IMG/VR virus record: IMGVR_UViG_3300018080_000165
Span: 1-64,000 of that record
Source of the DNA: a virus
Direction: 5' to 3' (one strand)
Length of the DNA: 64,000 nucleotides
Part shown: one piece after another, positions 8,825-18,321 of the stretch
How positions within the stretch are numbered: the stretch's first letter is position 1
Layout: each line of letters starts with the position of its first letter
Translations under genes and position numbers: made by a program
The notes under the pieces: generated by a model
The model's input: the letters and a program-made list of their open reading frames with translations, nothing else
What the model was told of the DNA's origin: nothing
The model's database searches: none

Positions 8825-10402
8825 TTAGTCTGACGCGGCTTTCGCAATATCATCAAACTGGATACTCTGAGGATCGACCTTGTAGTACGATGCCGCCAGC
8901 TTTCGCAGTGGCGTATCCGCGTGTGCAATGTAGCCTTGCGGAGACACATCCAACACATGCAACCGAATGTCGTCTTTCAGTATGCCTGCCAGTTTGCTCT
9001 CGTCAACGTATGACTCGGCATCCGAGATCAAAAGGATTTCGGCTTTACCTTTTCCTTCCTTCTCCTTTTCCCGGATGTCTTCACAAGCCGCTTTCAAGGC
9101 GAGCATGATTTCGGTTCCACCCCCGTTGAAATCGGAGATGCCAACCATGCGCGCGAGATCGGCCATCGAATCGTCGTCGTCCGCGATCTTGAGCCGATCC
9201 GGCTGGCCAGCGAAGAACCGGAACAGCATGGTTCCCTGTTCCAAGCTGATCTTTTTGATGACGGACAGGCACAACGCGGAAGCGAAAGTTCCCTTCGTGT
9301 GCAAGGCGTAGACGTTCGGCGCGATCATGGAGTTCATCGAACCCGACACGTCCAGCAAGGTGTGGAAATACTGCTTCTTCTTTTGCCGTTGCATGTCCTG
9401 CCGGACTTGGAGTTCCCCCGTGACCAGCTTCTTGTCCATCATGTCATCGTCAATGACTTCACCGGGGAGCGCCTTGGGAACTTCCTCCACGGTCCTGATC
9501 TCCCTCGCGCGGAAATCGTGGGAGATGTACTCCACGTCTTCCTTCTCTTCCGATTCACCCGGCAATAAAGTTTCGTTGAACGTTCTTGCCAGTTCGAAGA
9601 TCGCAAGCTGCCTTGACGTAACATCGTCCACCATTTGCTCAAGACGCTTGACGAAAGACTCTCCCGTGAATGTGGCATCGAATTCCGGCGTTGCCTTTCC
9701 GACCTGATTCATCGGAATCATCATGTTGACCAATTCCACGGTGGCACTCTCTCCCCCGTTCTGTTCCATGTGTTCCGCGAAAGCGGCACCTTGGATCGGA
9801 TCGAGAATGACAGTGAGGATCGAGAGCGCGATCACGGCGTGAACCAAAGGATCGACGGCGGACGGAGGTTCCTTACAGTCCTTGCTCACCTTCTTGGTGT
9901 GGTCAATGGAAAACGTGTTCGGCATGTTGTGATACGACGTGTGCCCTTTGCTGAACTGCTTTCCGAACGCACAATCCTTCGCGTGATTGCACGCATTGCA
10001 CCGCGCGGGTTGAGTCTTTGCGCTCAGCTTCTTGAAGATGGCCAACAACCTCTCCACGGCATCGTAGGTGTCCTTGACTTGGCACAACTTCAGAAAGTAC
10101 GGAAGGTGTTTCAGCTTCCGAAAGAAGGAATAGTGCTTCGCCATTCGCTTGTACGCGGCAGTCCACGTCCACCCTTCGTCTTTCATCATCCGCTTGACAT
10201 TGCGCTTGGCGTTCTTCCGGGACATGAGAGCACGGCCTGTGGACTTTAGCATGAGGTACAAGTCCTGGACGAAACCCTCATCGTCGATCTGGAACTTCCG
10301 TGCGATGGCGTGAAGTTCCTTTTTCACATCGTCGTCAAGGACAGGCATCCGCGTTCGCTTCAGCCTCTTCTCCTTGTGGTAATGATAACATACCCGGATC
10401 AT
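8825..10402 (-). CDS. vWA (MIDAS) domain protein, ViaA/CoxE-like, partner of the AAA+ ATPase
   Basis: LLDVSGSM, GGGTEI, ILLISDAE; extra CNACNHAKDC insert. Confidence 0.85.
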   Translation of the reverse strand: MIRVCYHYHKEKRLKRTRMPVLDDDVKKELHAIARKFQIDDEGFVQDLYLMLKSTGRALMSRKNAKRNVKRMMKDEGWTWTAAYKRMAKHYSFFRKLKHLPYFLKLCQVKDTYDAVERLLAIFKKLSAKTQPARCNACNHAKDCAFGKQFSKGHTSYHNMPNTFSIDHTKKVSKDCKEPPSAVDPLVHAVIALSILTVILDPIQGAAFAEHMEQNGGESATVELVNMMIPMNQVGKATPEFDATFTGESFVKRLEQMVDDVTSRQLAIFELARTFNETLLPGESEEKEDVEYISHDFRAREIRTVEEVPKALPGEVIDDDMMDKKLVTGELQVRQDMQRQKKKQYFHTLLDVSGSMNSMIAPNVYALHTKGTFASALCLSVIKKISLEQGTMLFRFFAGQPDRLKIADDDDSMADLARMVGISDFNGGGTEIMLALKAACEDIREKEKEGKGKAEILLISDAESYVDESKLAGILKDDIRLHVLDVSPQGYIAHADTPLRKLAASYYKVDPQSIQFDDIAKAASD

Positions 10403-10415
10403 TTCCCCTCCTTTC

Positions 10416-11606
10416 TCAGAAAGTCGGCAAGTCTTCGGGCTTGATTCTCTTGCTGACGGCTTCCAGAAGTTTCGCGCAACGCTGCTCGACTTCAGCGAAA
10501 CCCTTCTCCACGCTGGCATCGGGATTCACAGGCACCTTCCTGTTCTTGAAGCCGCCCTTGATGGTCATCAATTCCTGATGGTACTTCACCAAAAGGTTCG
10601 CGCTCCCGGTCTTTGTCTTCGCTTCGACCTTATCGAGAACACGGGAGAACGTCTGCAACTGCTTCCGCGACTTGCTCTTCTCTTCGATGTTGCCGACGAC
10701 TTTCTGATAGACTTCCTCGAAAGCCGTTTCGTGGTCGCTGTTACCGATGAAACAGAGTCCGAAGCGGGTCGCGTGAATGTCTTGCGCTTCGGCTTCCGTT
10801 CGCCCGTCCAGGATAGCGGATGCCTGGATGAGCATGGCCGACCACACATACCGCCGAGTGGAGATGTCCTCGCCCTTCCCCAATCTCTGCCGGTAGAGTT
10901 CGAAGAGTTCGTCGTAAGCCGCGACAACATCCTCATCGACTTCGACCGTCTCCCGGAGATCGGCCAGCTTTTCGATGTCCTCGAATGAAATGGTTCCTTC
11001 GACTTCCGGCAATCCGTTTTCGAGGAACGCCGTCACAACATTAATGCGTGACGCCCCCTCTTCCAGATCGGGAACCTTGATCCGGCACAGGAAACGATCC
11101 GCGACGGCCTGCGCGTCGTTCTTGTCACGCCAGAAATTCGACGTGGCAATCGCGGTATGCAACGGAGACTGGACGGGCTTTCCGATTGAACGGGTGTACT
11201 CCCGTTCGTTCAGAACCTCGTTCATGCTCCGAATGCACGCATCGCTTGCGTCGAAATACTCTTCCAGACGCGCAAGCTGGCAGTCGGCCATCCCGCCTCT
11301 GATGTTGTACTCATACTCGCCTTCCTCCCGCCACTTCTTCACGTTCAGAGGACCAAACACCGCTTCCTCTGTCATCTGGCGGGTAAGCTGCTTGTGAAAG
11401 TACGATGCCCCTTCGATGGATTCCAAAAGGAGTTTCGCGGCAAGAGACTTCGCCGTACCGGGAGGACCAAACATGAATGCGTGCATCCGAAGGATGAGTG
11501 CATAGATGCAGGCACGTAGCGCGTCTTCCCTTTCCGCCAGCACTTCGTTAACCTCCTTTTCAATCTCCAACAGGTTCTCGACGATTTTTCTTTCGTGGTT
11601 GGTCAT
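10416..11606 (-). CDS. MoxR/RavA-family AAA+ ATPase
   Basis: Walker A GPPGTAKS, EEAVFGP, NEVLNER, ATSN, DRF motifs. Confidence 0.88.
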   Translation of the reverse strand: MTNHERKIVENLLEIEKEVNEVLAEREDALRACIYALILRMHAFMFGPPGTAKSLAAKLLLESIEGASYFHKQLTRQMTEEAVFGPLNVKKWREEGEYEYNIRGGMADCQLARLEEYFDASDACIRSMNEVLNEREYTRSIGKPVQSPLHTAIATSNFWRDKNDAQAVADRFLCRIKVPDLEEGASRINVVTAFLENGLPEVEGTISFEDIEKLADLRETVEVDEDVVAAYDELFELYRQRLGKGEDISTRRYVWSAMLIQASAILDGRTEAEAQDIHATRFGLCFIGNSDHETAFEEVYQKVVGNIEEKSKSRKQLQTFSRVLDKVEAKTKTGSANLLVKYHQELMTIKGGFKNRKVPVNPDASVEKGFAEVEQRCAKLLEAVSKRIKPEDLPTF

Positions 11607-11627
11607 AGTTCTCTCCGGTTGAAAGAA

Positions 11628-11659
11628 CGGGAGTGGGGACTTTGACATCCCCACTCCCG
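11628..11659 (-). terminator. Rho-independent terminator-like hairpin
   Basis: 12-bp perfect stem cgggagtgggga/tccccactcccg followed on the minus strand by TTCTTTC. Confidence 0.6.
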
Positions 11660-11665
11660 ACTACC

Positions 11666-11986
11666 TCAAACGAGGCTGAAGCCGTAGCGGATACGGACGG
11701 GAATCTCGTTCCCGAAAGCCCGGATGTCCTTGACGCTCTCCGGTTCGTACCCACTCAGTTCCTTCTTGACGGTATCCTCGAAAGCCCTTTTCGGGGTCGT
11801 GAAGACGTGATTGCCGCCGTCAGTAAACGAAACAACAACGGCTACCTCCTTCGCTTTCCTTCCGCGCTTGCCCTTCTTCCTTCCGTTGGCGGGCTTGCGC
11901 TTCTTGTACTTGCGCTTCTTCTTCGCGGGAACCTCTTCGTCCTCTCCGCGAGGCTTCTTCCGCTTCTTCCGTTTCTTCTTCGCCAT
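11666..11986 (-). CDS. Very basic protein (Lys-rich N-terminal half)
   Basis: MAKKKRKKRKKPRG...; ends GFSLV; GAGGAGG RBS. Confidence 0.65.
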   Translation of the reverse strand: MAKKKRKKRKKPRGEDEEVPAKKKRKYKKRKPANGRKKGKRGRKAKEVAVVVSFTDGGNHVFTTPKRAFEDTVKKELSGYEPESVKDIRAFGNEIPVRIRYGFSLV

Positions 11987-12011
11987 TTCCTACCCTCCTC
12001 GAAAAGAGAAA

Positions 12012-12057
12012 GTGGTAGGGCGTGACGCTTCACAAATCGCCGCCTCCGCCCCACCAC
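12012..12057 (-). terminator. Probable terminator hairpin after the acidic/H1-like gene
   Basis: gtggtagggcg...cgccccaccac stem followed by TTTCTCTTTT on the minus strand. Confidence 0.45.
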
Positions 12058-12069
12058 ATGATTCAGCGC

Positions 12070-13416
12070 CTACCTGCGCTTCCTGGCCGTCTTCTTGCGC
12101 GGAGCCTTCGGCTTCCGCTTGGCGGCTTTTTTCACGGTCTTCTTTGCCACTTTCTTTTTCCGGCCCTTCTTTACCACCTTCTTCTTTGCCGCCTTCTTCT
12201 TCACTTTCTTCCTGCCCTTCTTGGCAGCCTTCTTGGGATCGATCTCCCTGTATGCGAAGGCCCGCTTTTTCTTCTCATCCGGCGGCACCAAGGCGAAGAC
12301 GGTTCCCGTCACCGAATCCATCGCGGCGAATTCGTCGTCCTTCATTTGGGCTTCCACGTTCGCCAGCGCATCCCCGTCGAGTTCCTTTTCGGCAGGGATC
12401 ATCACCACCCCATTGCAGAACGGCGTTGCTCGGTCGTTCTTCTCGTGCGTGATGATGTAAGGCACGTCCAGATCGGCGATCTCTCCACCGTCAGCCACGA
12501 AGAGTGACTTGAAAAGCGTGTAGGCCGTCCAGAGTTTCTTCTTCTTCAACAATGCCGGAATCTTTGCGTATTCCGGCCACTGCTTCGTGTTGCAGTGCTT
12601 GTAGTGTCTCGGTTGGAAGAAGTCCGCGAACTCCTTTTTCACCGAGGCTTGCGTTGCTTCCTTCGACTTCCTAGCTCCGGCGACGAACTCTTTGGCGACG
12701 GTCAGACGATCCGGGTTGTCTTCCTCGTCACCTTCTTCGTCGTCGGCTTCCGCTTCCTCTTCTTCTTCCTCTTCCTCTTCCTCCTCTTCTTCCTCTTCGT
12801 CAACCTCTACTTCGTCTTCCTCTCCTTCCTCTTCCTCCTCTTCGTCCTCTTCGGATTCCTCTTCCTCTTCTTCTTCCTCTTCTTCGTCCTCCTCACCTTC
12901 CTCCTCTTCCTCTTCCTCCTCCTCTTCTTCCTCTTCCTCTTCTTCGGATTCCTCTTCCTCTTCTTCTTCCTCTTCCTCGTCCTCACCGGCAGCGAGCTTT
13001 TCGCAAGCCTTCTTCACTGCGGCTTCCTTGTCCTCCAACTTCTTCCCGACCTTCACGTCGAGCAGACGGGCCGCTCGGGTCAAGGTCTTTTGGTTGGCAA
13101 CGGCGTCCTCATCGCTGCACACTGCCGCGATACCTTCCAGCGCGGCCTTGATGTCGGCGAAGGTCATGTCGCCAGGATCGACGCCGATCTTCTCACAAAG
13201 GGCCTTCAACTTCTTGCCCTTCATCTTCTTGATGAGTTTCGCGGAAGGAAGACCGATGTCGATGGTTTCCGCTTCTTCTTCTTCCTCTTCCTCGGGTTCC
13301 TCTTCCTCGGCAGGCTTCGCGGCCTTTCCACCGAGAATCTTGCCGAGTGCCGCGAAGAACTTCTCACAGAGCGCCAAGCACTTCGCGCCCTTCACAATCT
13401 TCGGACTTTTCGCCAT
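12070..13416 (-). CDS. Protein with a ~90-aa poly-Glu tract and a histone-H1-like Lys/Ala C-terminal tail
   Basis: EEEE tract at ~12720-12985; tail PKKAAKKGRKKVKKKAAKKKVVKK...; AGGAG RBS. Confidence 0.75.
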   Translation of the reverse strand: MAKSPKIVKGAKCLALCEKFFAALGKILGGKAAKPAEEEEPEEEEEEEAETIDIGLPSAKLIKKMKGKKLKALCEKIGVDPGDMTFADIKAALEGIAAVCSDEDAVANQKTLTRAARLLDVKVGKKLEDKEAAVKKACEKLAAGEDEEEEEEEEEESEEEEEEEEEEEEEEEEGEEDEEEEEEEEEESEEDEEEEEEGEEDEVEVDEEEEEEEEEEEEEEEAEADDEEGDEEDNPDRLTVAKEFVAGARKSKEATQASVKKEFADFFQPRHYKHCNTKQWPEYAKIPALLKKKKLWTAYTLFKSLFVADGGEIADLDVPYIITHEKNDRATPFCNGVVMIPAEKELDGDALANVEAQMKDDEFAAMDSVTGTVFALVPPDEKKKRAFAYREIDPKKAAKKGRKKVKKKAAKKKVVKKGRKKKVAKKTVKKAAKRKPKAPRKKTARKRR

Positions 13417-13437
13417 CGTTTCATTTCTCCTAAAAGG

Positions 13438-13773
13438 TTAGTGACGTTTTTTCACAACCCGACTCTTCCGTTTTGAACTCTGCCCGTCTACATACAATCC
13501 TCCTTTCCATGCGTCCGGGTTCCAGCGGATCACCTGAATCGGACAAGCCCCGTTCTCGAAGACGGTCGCGCGAATCCCCTTTGGGATGATCCTCTTTCCG
13601 CGCTTAATCCCCAAAAGCAAAACCAGATGCTTCGAATCGCCCTTTCCTTCTACCTCCTTTCCGCACACGTACAAGTCCCGATTCAGAAATTTTTCGTCCA
13701 GATGCTTTGCCACGATCACGCGGGTTCCTACCCGGAAGATTCTTTTCTGCCGCCGGACCAGTGCGGCGTACAT
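13438..13773 (-). CDS. Hypothetical protein
   Basis: ORF with basic C-terminus; start uncertain. Confidence 0.45.
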   Translation of the reverse strand: MYAALVRRQKRIFRVGTRVIVAKHLDEKFLNRDLYVCGKEVEGKGDSKHLVLLLGIKRGKRIIPKGIRATVFENGACPIQVIRWNPDAWKGGLYVDGQSSKRKSRVVKKRH

Positions 13774-14032
13774 ATCCACCTTGCTTTCTCCTTTCCAGGC
13801 ATTCGACGTATGCCAATGTGTCAAACGCCCCCCGGTCCACGAGGAACTTGATGTGAGAGCATATCGTGCTCTTGCACCGAGTACATGATATGCTCCCCGA
13901 TCTGTACTGCGTGATTGTGAAGTGAGACTTCTTTGTTTTGACCTTGAACGTTTTCTGGATTTGGTTGCCGGTCCTGGAGAAGTCTCCCAACATGGTGTAG
14001 CGGAACATCTTGGTCTTGTACTTGCGCCTCAT
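13604..14032 (-). CDS. SWIM-like Zn-finger protein with basic tail ending SGFAFGD
   Basis: SCTRC...ICSHI motif. Confidence 0.5.
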   Translation of the reverse strand: MRRKYKTKMFRYTMLGDFSRTGNQIQKTFKVKTKKSHFTITQYRSGSISCTRCKSTICSHIKFLVDRGAFDTLAYVECLERRKQGGYVRRTGPAAEKNLPGRNPRDRGKASGRKISESGLVRVRKGGRRKGRFEASGFAFGD

Positions 14033-14407
14033 CTATCTCGCCGACCTTCGGCCCTTCTTCTCGGCCTTCTTCTTTTTCTTCCCCCCGGTCCTGTTGGCTT
14101 CCTTCGGCACGTCACAGTCCGCCAGTTCGGCGATGTCCACCTTTCCGGCATTGATCCCTTTCAGATTGACATTCACCAAGGCGGACTTGATGGCCTTGTA
14201 GGAAGAAATGGTCAACCGGACGCCACGAGGCGAGGGTTGCCACGTCTTGTACGTCTCCGAATCCTCGCGGTTGTCGAAATACCACCGACGAATGTCGATC
14301 ATCGGCTTGCTCTTCTTGGTCTGCTGGACGACGCGAACTCGTAACTGTTCGCGCCCCAGGTCTTCCACGTACACCAGGACCGACTTGTCCGGGTCTGTTG
14401 ACACCAT
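14033..14407 (-). CDS. PC4/YdbC-like ssDNA-binding protein
   Basis: IDIRRWY...WQPSPRGVRLT signature of the PC4 family. Confidence 0.8.
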   Translation of the reverse strand: MVSTDPDKSVLVYVEDLGREQLRVRVVQQTKKSKPMIDIRRWYFDNREDSETYKTWQPSPRGVRLTISSYKAIKSALVNVNLKGINAGKVDIAELADCDVPKEANRTGGKKKKKAEKKGRRSAR

Positions 14408-14408
14408 C

Positions 14409-14582
14409 TCATTCCCTCCAAAAGAAAATCCACTTCACGAGAAAACCAACGACGACGATGAACACACCACAGATGAACGCGGTGAGTAGATCAGCACCCG
14501 CGTTCACTACATTGTACTCTTCTCCTTTCTTCTTTTTCATGCTGTCGGCAAAACGATCCCAGTGACTCTTGTCCTTGCTCAC
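14409..14582 (-). CDS. 57-aa single-TM membrane protein (absent from the ORF track)
   Basis: GGAGG RBS, GTG start; LLTAFICGVFIVVVGFLVKWIFFW hydrophobic helix. Confidence 0.55.
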   Translation of the reverse strand: MSKDKSHWDRFADSMKKKKGEEYNVVNAGADLLTAFICGVFIVVVGFLVKWIFFWRE

Positions 14583-14615
14583 ATCAAATCAACCTCCTTT
14601 CACGCTCCGCGCAAA

Positions 14616-15440
14616 TCAGAAAGCGAACGACGACTGCCGCGCTTTCTTACCTCCTTCGATCCGGGCCTTGTGCTTCTTGAAATACGCGAGAAGAGCATTT
14701 CTTCTTTCGATCTTACTCTCCCTCTTCTTGCACAAGTCGATCATCTGACTGCCTTCGAGGCGAAGAAGACCCAATTCCTTGGCGGTCTTCCGGTAGTCCA
14801 CGCCCGTCAACGCTTCCAGATAACCGAACTGGCTTTTCGTGATCTCGTTGCCAGGAACCCGATTGTATCTCCTCTTTCCCATCTTCTTCTGTTCGGACTT
14901 CGGCAGTCCGTTCTTTGTCCGTGCGTTGTCGATCATCGCGGACATCTGTTTCTTGGTATAATTGCCAACGACTGCCGTTCCGCTCAGGTCTTCGTAGTAC
15001 CTGATTTGCTTCGCCGTGGCGGGTTCGTTCTCTCTCCTTTCCTTTTCCGCCGCCAACTCCGAAGGACGCTTAGCCGTCTTCCTTCTGGCGACACCGGCCT
15101 TCCACATCTCCTTCGCCCGTTCGCGGACACGTTTCAGCACGCCAGCCCAGTTCTCCGTTCGATTGATCCGAGTGGTCTTGGCCAACGGAGCTTCCTCTTC
15201 AGGATTCTCCCACCGCCGGACAGCGACAACGCGGATCGCGTCTTCCCCTTCCCCACGAAACTTGTCGCCTTTGATGCTGGAATAGATACGCACCCAGGCG
15301 CGAGTACGTAGCTTCTTCCCGTTCTCTTGCGCGACGATCTGCCGTTCGAAGACACGTTCCCCCTTGGACTCCGTTTCGAGGAACGACATGTTCAACATCA
15401 AATGCAAGAACCTTTTCACTTTTATCGAGTCACTCGGCAT
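14616..15440 (-). CDS. Hypothetical protein with two PATxKQ-type (DUF3072-like) repeats, ending ...KKARQSSFAF
   Basis: EPATAKQIRYYEDL...TKKQMSAMID and EITKSQFGYLEAL. Confidence 0.6.
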   Translation of the reverse strand: MPSDSIKVKRFLHLMLNMSFLETESKGERVFERQIVAQENGKKLRTRAWVRIYSSIKGDKFRGEGEDAIRVVAVRRWENPEEEAPLAKTTRINRTENWAGVLKRVRERAKEMWKAGVARRKTAKRPSELAAEKERRENEPATAKQIRYYEDLSGTAVVGNYTKKQMSAMIDNARTKNGLPKSEQKKMGKRRYNRVPGNEITKSQFGYLEALTGVDYRKTAKELGLLRLEGSQMIDLCKKRESKIERRNALLAYFKKHKARIEGGKKARQSSFAF

Positions 15441-15835
15441 CCGTGGGTTCTCCTTCCTCTTCTTCCTCCCTCTTCTTCCTCTTCCAAGGTCCTTTGCCCT
15501 TTTTCGAAAACGTCGTACATGACTTCGAGAGACACCTTCCCTTCTCTCATGTACTCTTCGCCCGCGTCCTCAATCGCGTAGCGATTGTTCCAGATGTAAA
15601 CGTGCGGCTTGTGACTGTTCTTCGAACGGGTGCGGAGATACAACTGCTCGTCGGCCACCAAATGACCGTCTTTCCACATCCGCTTTTTCACGAGATCGTG
15701 ATCGCCCGCATTGAGCAACAGCTTGATGTGGTAGAGAAGCTGGGACTCTTTGCTTCCCCATGAACCGCCCTTGATTGGAGGATCACCTTTCTCCCGCGTG
15801 ACGATCAGACTCGATCCTTCGAAAACAAGTTTCAT
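15422..15835 (-). CDS. Hypothetical phage protein
   Basis: 137-aa ORF with AAGGA RBS. Confidence 0.6.
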   Translation of the reverse strand: MKLVFEGSSLIVTREKGDPPIKGGSWGSKESQLLYHIKLLLNAGDHDLVKKRMWKDGHLVADEQLYLRTRSKNSHKPHVYIWNNRYAIEDAGEEYMREGKVSLEVMYDVFEKGQRTLEEEEEGGRRGRRTHGCRVTR

Positions 15836-15847
15836 GGTTTTTCCTTT

Positions 15848-16135
15848 CTAATCCAGGTATTGAACTTTCACGGAACCCCGGAATCCGTGTTTTTCCATGT
15901 GATCTTTCGTGTAGTTCTCCCTGAAGACTTCGATTTCTTCCGGCGAGCGCCAGCCCGTGATGGTGCCTGTCACACCTGTTCCCGCTCCCTTCGCCGTGTA
16001 GATTCGACCAAACGTAGTGAGTTTGACCTTTCGCTTGCCATCCGTGTCGAAAGGCTTCCCGCACTTGTGGCACGCATCCTGGAAATCGAGATCGAAGACC
16101 GTACCACAGGCATCGCATGTCCAGCTTGCCATCAT
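15848..16135 (-). CDS. Zn-ribbon protein
   Basis: WTCDACG...ACHKCG. Confidence 0.55.
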   Translation of the reverse strand: MMASWTCDACGTVFDLDFQDACHKCGKPFDTDGKRKVKLTTFGRIYTAKGAGTGVTGTITGWRSPEEIEVFRENYTKDHMEKHGFRGSVKVQYLD

Positions 16136-16347
16136 TTCCCCTTTTCTCTGGTTCGCCCTTTCGAGTCCTGTTCCAGCATACGTAGCCGACCCATGTGGCG
16201 AATCCAGCTTCGGTGGACAGGCTCGTCCCGCTTCACGCAATCGAGAATGTCGGGAAGCGCCTCCCGCATTTCCCGGCGCGTGGAACCCGTCTCCTTCTTC
16301 ACGATGTCCAGGATCATCTTGGTCGGGAACTTCGAAAACAGTTTCAT
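16132..16347 (-). CDS. Small hypothetical protein
   Basis: AAGGAG RBS before ATG at 16347. Confidence 0.5.
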   Translation of the reverse strand: MKLFSKFPTKMILDIVKKETGSTRREMREALPDILDCVKRDEPVHRSWIRHMGRLRMLEQDSKGRTREKGK

Positions 16348-16360
16348 GGTTTTCTCCTTT

Positions 16361-16690
16361 TCAAAACGCGAAAGAACCTTGCTTCGCTTTCTGGCCAACG
16401 TGCTTACCCCCACCTTTCTTCTTAGCCTTCAACTCCTTGTCCTTCCTGGCTTGCGCGGCCATCTTCGCCTTGTACGAGATTTCGTACAACTCCATCATCT
16501 CGTCCAGCTTGGACCGGACGCCTTTCGGCGTCCACTTGCCCTTGAGCCAGTACGCGCAAGCGGCGTACATGTGAGCACCCGCCTGGGTGTCGTCGGCTTT
16601 CTTGGCTTCCTTGATGGCCGTAAGACTCTCTTTCTTCTTGGCCGGTTCCTTCTCCTTGACTGCCTTCTTCACAAGCTTTTTCTTTGCCAC
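16361..16690 (-). CDS. Basic hypothetical protein ending ...KAKQGSFAF
   Basis: AAGGAG RBS, GTG start. Confidence 0.6.
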   Translation of the reverse strand: MAKKKLVKKAVKEKEPAKKKESLTAIKEAKKADDTQAGAHMYAACAYWLKGKWTPKGVRSKLDEMMELYEISYKAKMAAQARKDKELKAKKKGGGKHVGQKAKQGSFAF

Positions 16691-16693
16691 TCG

Positions 16694-17131
16694 TTATCTC
16701 CTTTTCTTCCACACATCCCGGAAGTACCAGCCATACTCGGGAACACCATTGCCGTCGATCCTCTTGCACACCTGTCGGAGCGCAAGATCGAACAGTTCGA
16801 AGATGTCATCCTTGATGTCGTTCCGGTCTCTGCCGGAAATGGTGATCTTGAATCCTACGAACTGGGGACGCACAATGACAGTGTGGTATGTCCACCCGTC
16901 GTAGAATCCATACTTGTTCATGTGGTGAAATGATGTGTCGAAAACCAACTTCTCTGCCGTCGAACGGTTGCAGTCCAGTGTGGTTCCGTCGTCGAACCCG
17001 CCCCCGGACGGATAAAACTGCTCTTCCATCCATTGAAGTGTGCTGTAGTACGCGTGCGTATGGTCATCCGTGCACCTTGTCAGCGCGTTGAGAATGGAAG
17101 ACAACTCCTGTGCCACGGTGTATTCCGACAT
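16694..17131 (-). CDS. Conserved-looking hypothetical phage protein
   Basis: PSGGGFD...SFHHMNKYGFYDGWT motif; AAGGAG RBS. Confidence 0.65.
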   Translation of the reverse strand: MSEYTVAQELSSILNALTRCTDDHTHAYYSTLQWMEEQFYPSGGGFDDGTTLDCNRSTAEKLVFDTSFHHMNKYGFYDGWTYHTVIVRPQFVGFKITISGRDRNDIKDDIFELFDLALRQVCKRIDGNGVPEYGWYFRDVWKKRR

Positions 17132-17155
17132 TTGAATCTCCTTTCTTCTCCGAAC

Positions 17156-17500
17156 TCAGACACGAGCCTGTGCCTTCAACTCTCCGTTCGCTGCGATCTC
17201 GTCTCCGTCCTTGAAAGGGAAGCCGCGTTTCCATCCTTCGTGCCAATACCACACGTGGGAATGTTGGCTGATCCTGTAGTTCCCAGGCAAGTACCGATTG
17301 ATCCGGTCTTTCGTGGTGACGGTCTCCCATCCGCCCGTCACCACGATGATTCTGCCGTCCGGCTTGAAACGTAGGATGTTGGTTCTGTGCAACCGGACGC
17401 AGATGTCCTTCCCGTCCCGCTCCAAGTAGGTGTTGTTCGTCAACTTACGGCTTTTCTTACACCTGCCTTGAAGCAAACTGTCCGCTTTCTTGTAAGTCAT
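17156..17500 (-). CDS. Hypothetical phage protein
   Basis: VRLHRTNI...TGGWETVTTKDRINRYL; AAGGAG RBS. Confidence 0.65.
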   Translation of the reverse strand: MTYKKADSLLQGRCKKSRKLTNNTYLERDGKDICVRLHRTNILRFKPDGRIIVVTGGWETVTTKDRINRYLPGNYRISQHSHVWYWHEGWKRGFPFKDGDEIAANGELKAQARV

Positions 17501-17898
17501 TCCCGTTCTCCTTTCTTCTTCAAGAGTGTTTTGACGGCCCATTTGCGCATTGCCGCCCATTCGGTTCCGACACTGTTCCAACCCCCGCCCTTGTTCCAGG
17601 CGTCGTACAACTCTTGCGGGAGCGGAATGCCTTGCTCCCACGTCTTGCGGGAAACAGTCTTCGGCAAGCCGCTGTTACCGTAAGCGCCGCACACGAAGAC
17701 AGTCCTGTTCTTGACACGGGCACAGCCCATCATCCAATGTCCGCATTGCCTGAGTGCGACCTTGCGGACGATTCCACGTAAATTGTTTTTCTTACCCACG
17801 TCCTCATCGTCCGGTTGCATGAGGATCAAAAACGGAGCGCGTCTGTGATGCTGCTCCGTACCTTTGTAGTACGTCCCTGCTTCATCTGTCACGTACAT
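17497..17898 (-). CDS. Hypothetical phage protein
   Basis: 133-aa ORF with RBS, coupled to the next gene. Confidence 0.6.
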   Translation of the reverse strand: MYVTDEAGTYYKGTEQHHRRAPFLILMQPDDEDVGKKNNLRGIVRKVALRQCGHWMMGCARVKNRTVFVCGAYGNSGLPKTVSRKTWEQGIPLPQELYDAWNKGGGWNSVGTEWAAMRKWAVKTLLKKKGERE

Positions 17899-18268
17899 GC
17901 CGGTTCTCCTTTTTCATCAACCGGAATTGACCAGAACATATGGTCAATCTGCCGGACATCCTGTCCTTCTTGTTCTTTGCTGCGCACACATAGTTCTTCA
18001 AGCTACCGCCGGCAGGAACACGGGTTTTCACCCCGCATCTTTGGCAAACAACATCCCTTGTCTTCCGAACATACACCGTCTTTGCCTTCTTCTTCGTTTT
18101 GGTCCCGCTCCCGAAGATTTCGGGATGGCTCTTTGCCAAGCGTTTGTTCACCGCTTCCAGAAGCGCGTTGTTAGGATCGTTGTCCATCGCTTCGCCCAAT
18201 TTCACGAACTCCTCATCCCGAAGATGCTCTTCGAGAACCTTCGCTGTCTTCACGAAAATCGCTTGCAT
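17882..18268 (-). CDS. Hypothetical Zn-ribbon protein
   Basis: CQRCG...C...CSG; AAGGAG RBS. Confidence 0.6.
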   Translation of the reverse strand: MQAIFVKTAKVLEEHLRDEEFVKLGEAMDNDPNNALLEAVNKRLAKSHPEIFGSGTKTKKKAKTVYVRKTRDVVCQRCGVKTRVPAGGSLKNYVCAAKNKKDRMSGRLTICSGQFRLMKKENRHVRDR

Positions 18269-18321
18269 GATTCTCTCCTTTCAGATTGTGTTTTCGTCAC
18301 TTGTGAAAACGAAGAAGTCAA

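Noticed and set aside
12720-12985. (TCC/TCT)n trinucleotide repeats as a CRISPR array or satellite
   Set aside because: Coding low-complexity Glu codons with no repeat-spacer structure
12595-13476. Plus-strand poly-Ser and poly-Phe/Leu ORFs
   Set aside because: Antisense shadows of the GAA/GAG tract of the minus-strand gene; the same applies to 34557-35026
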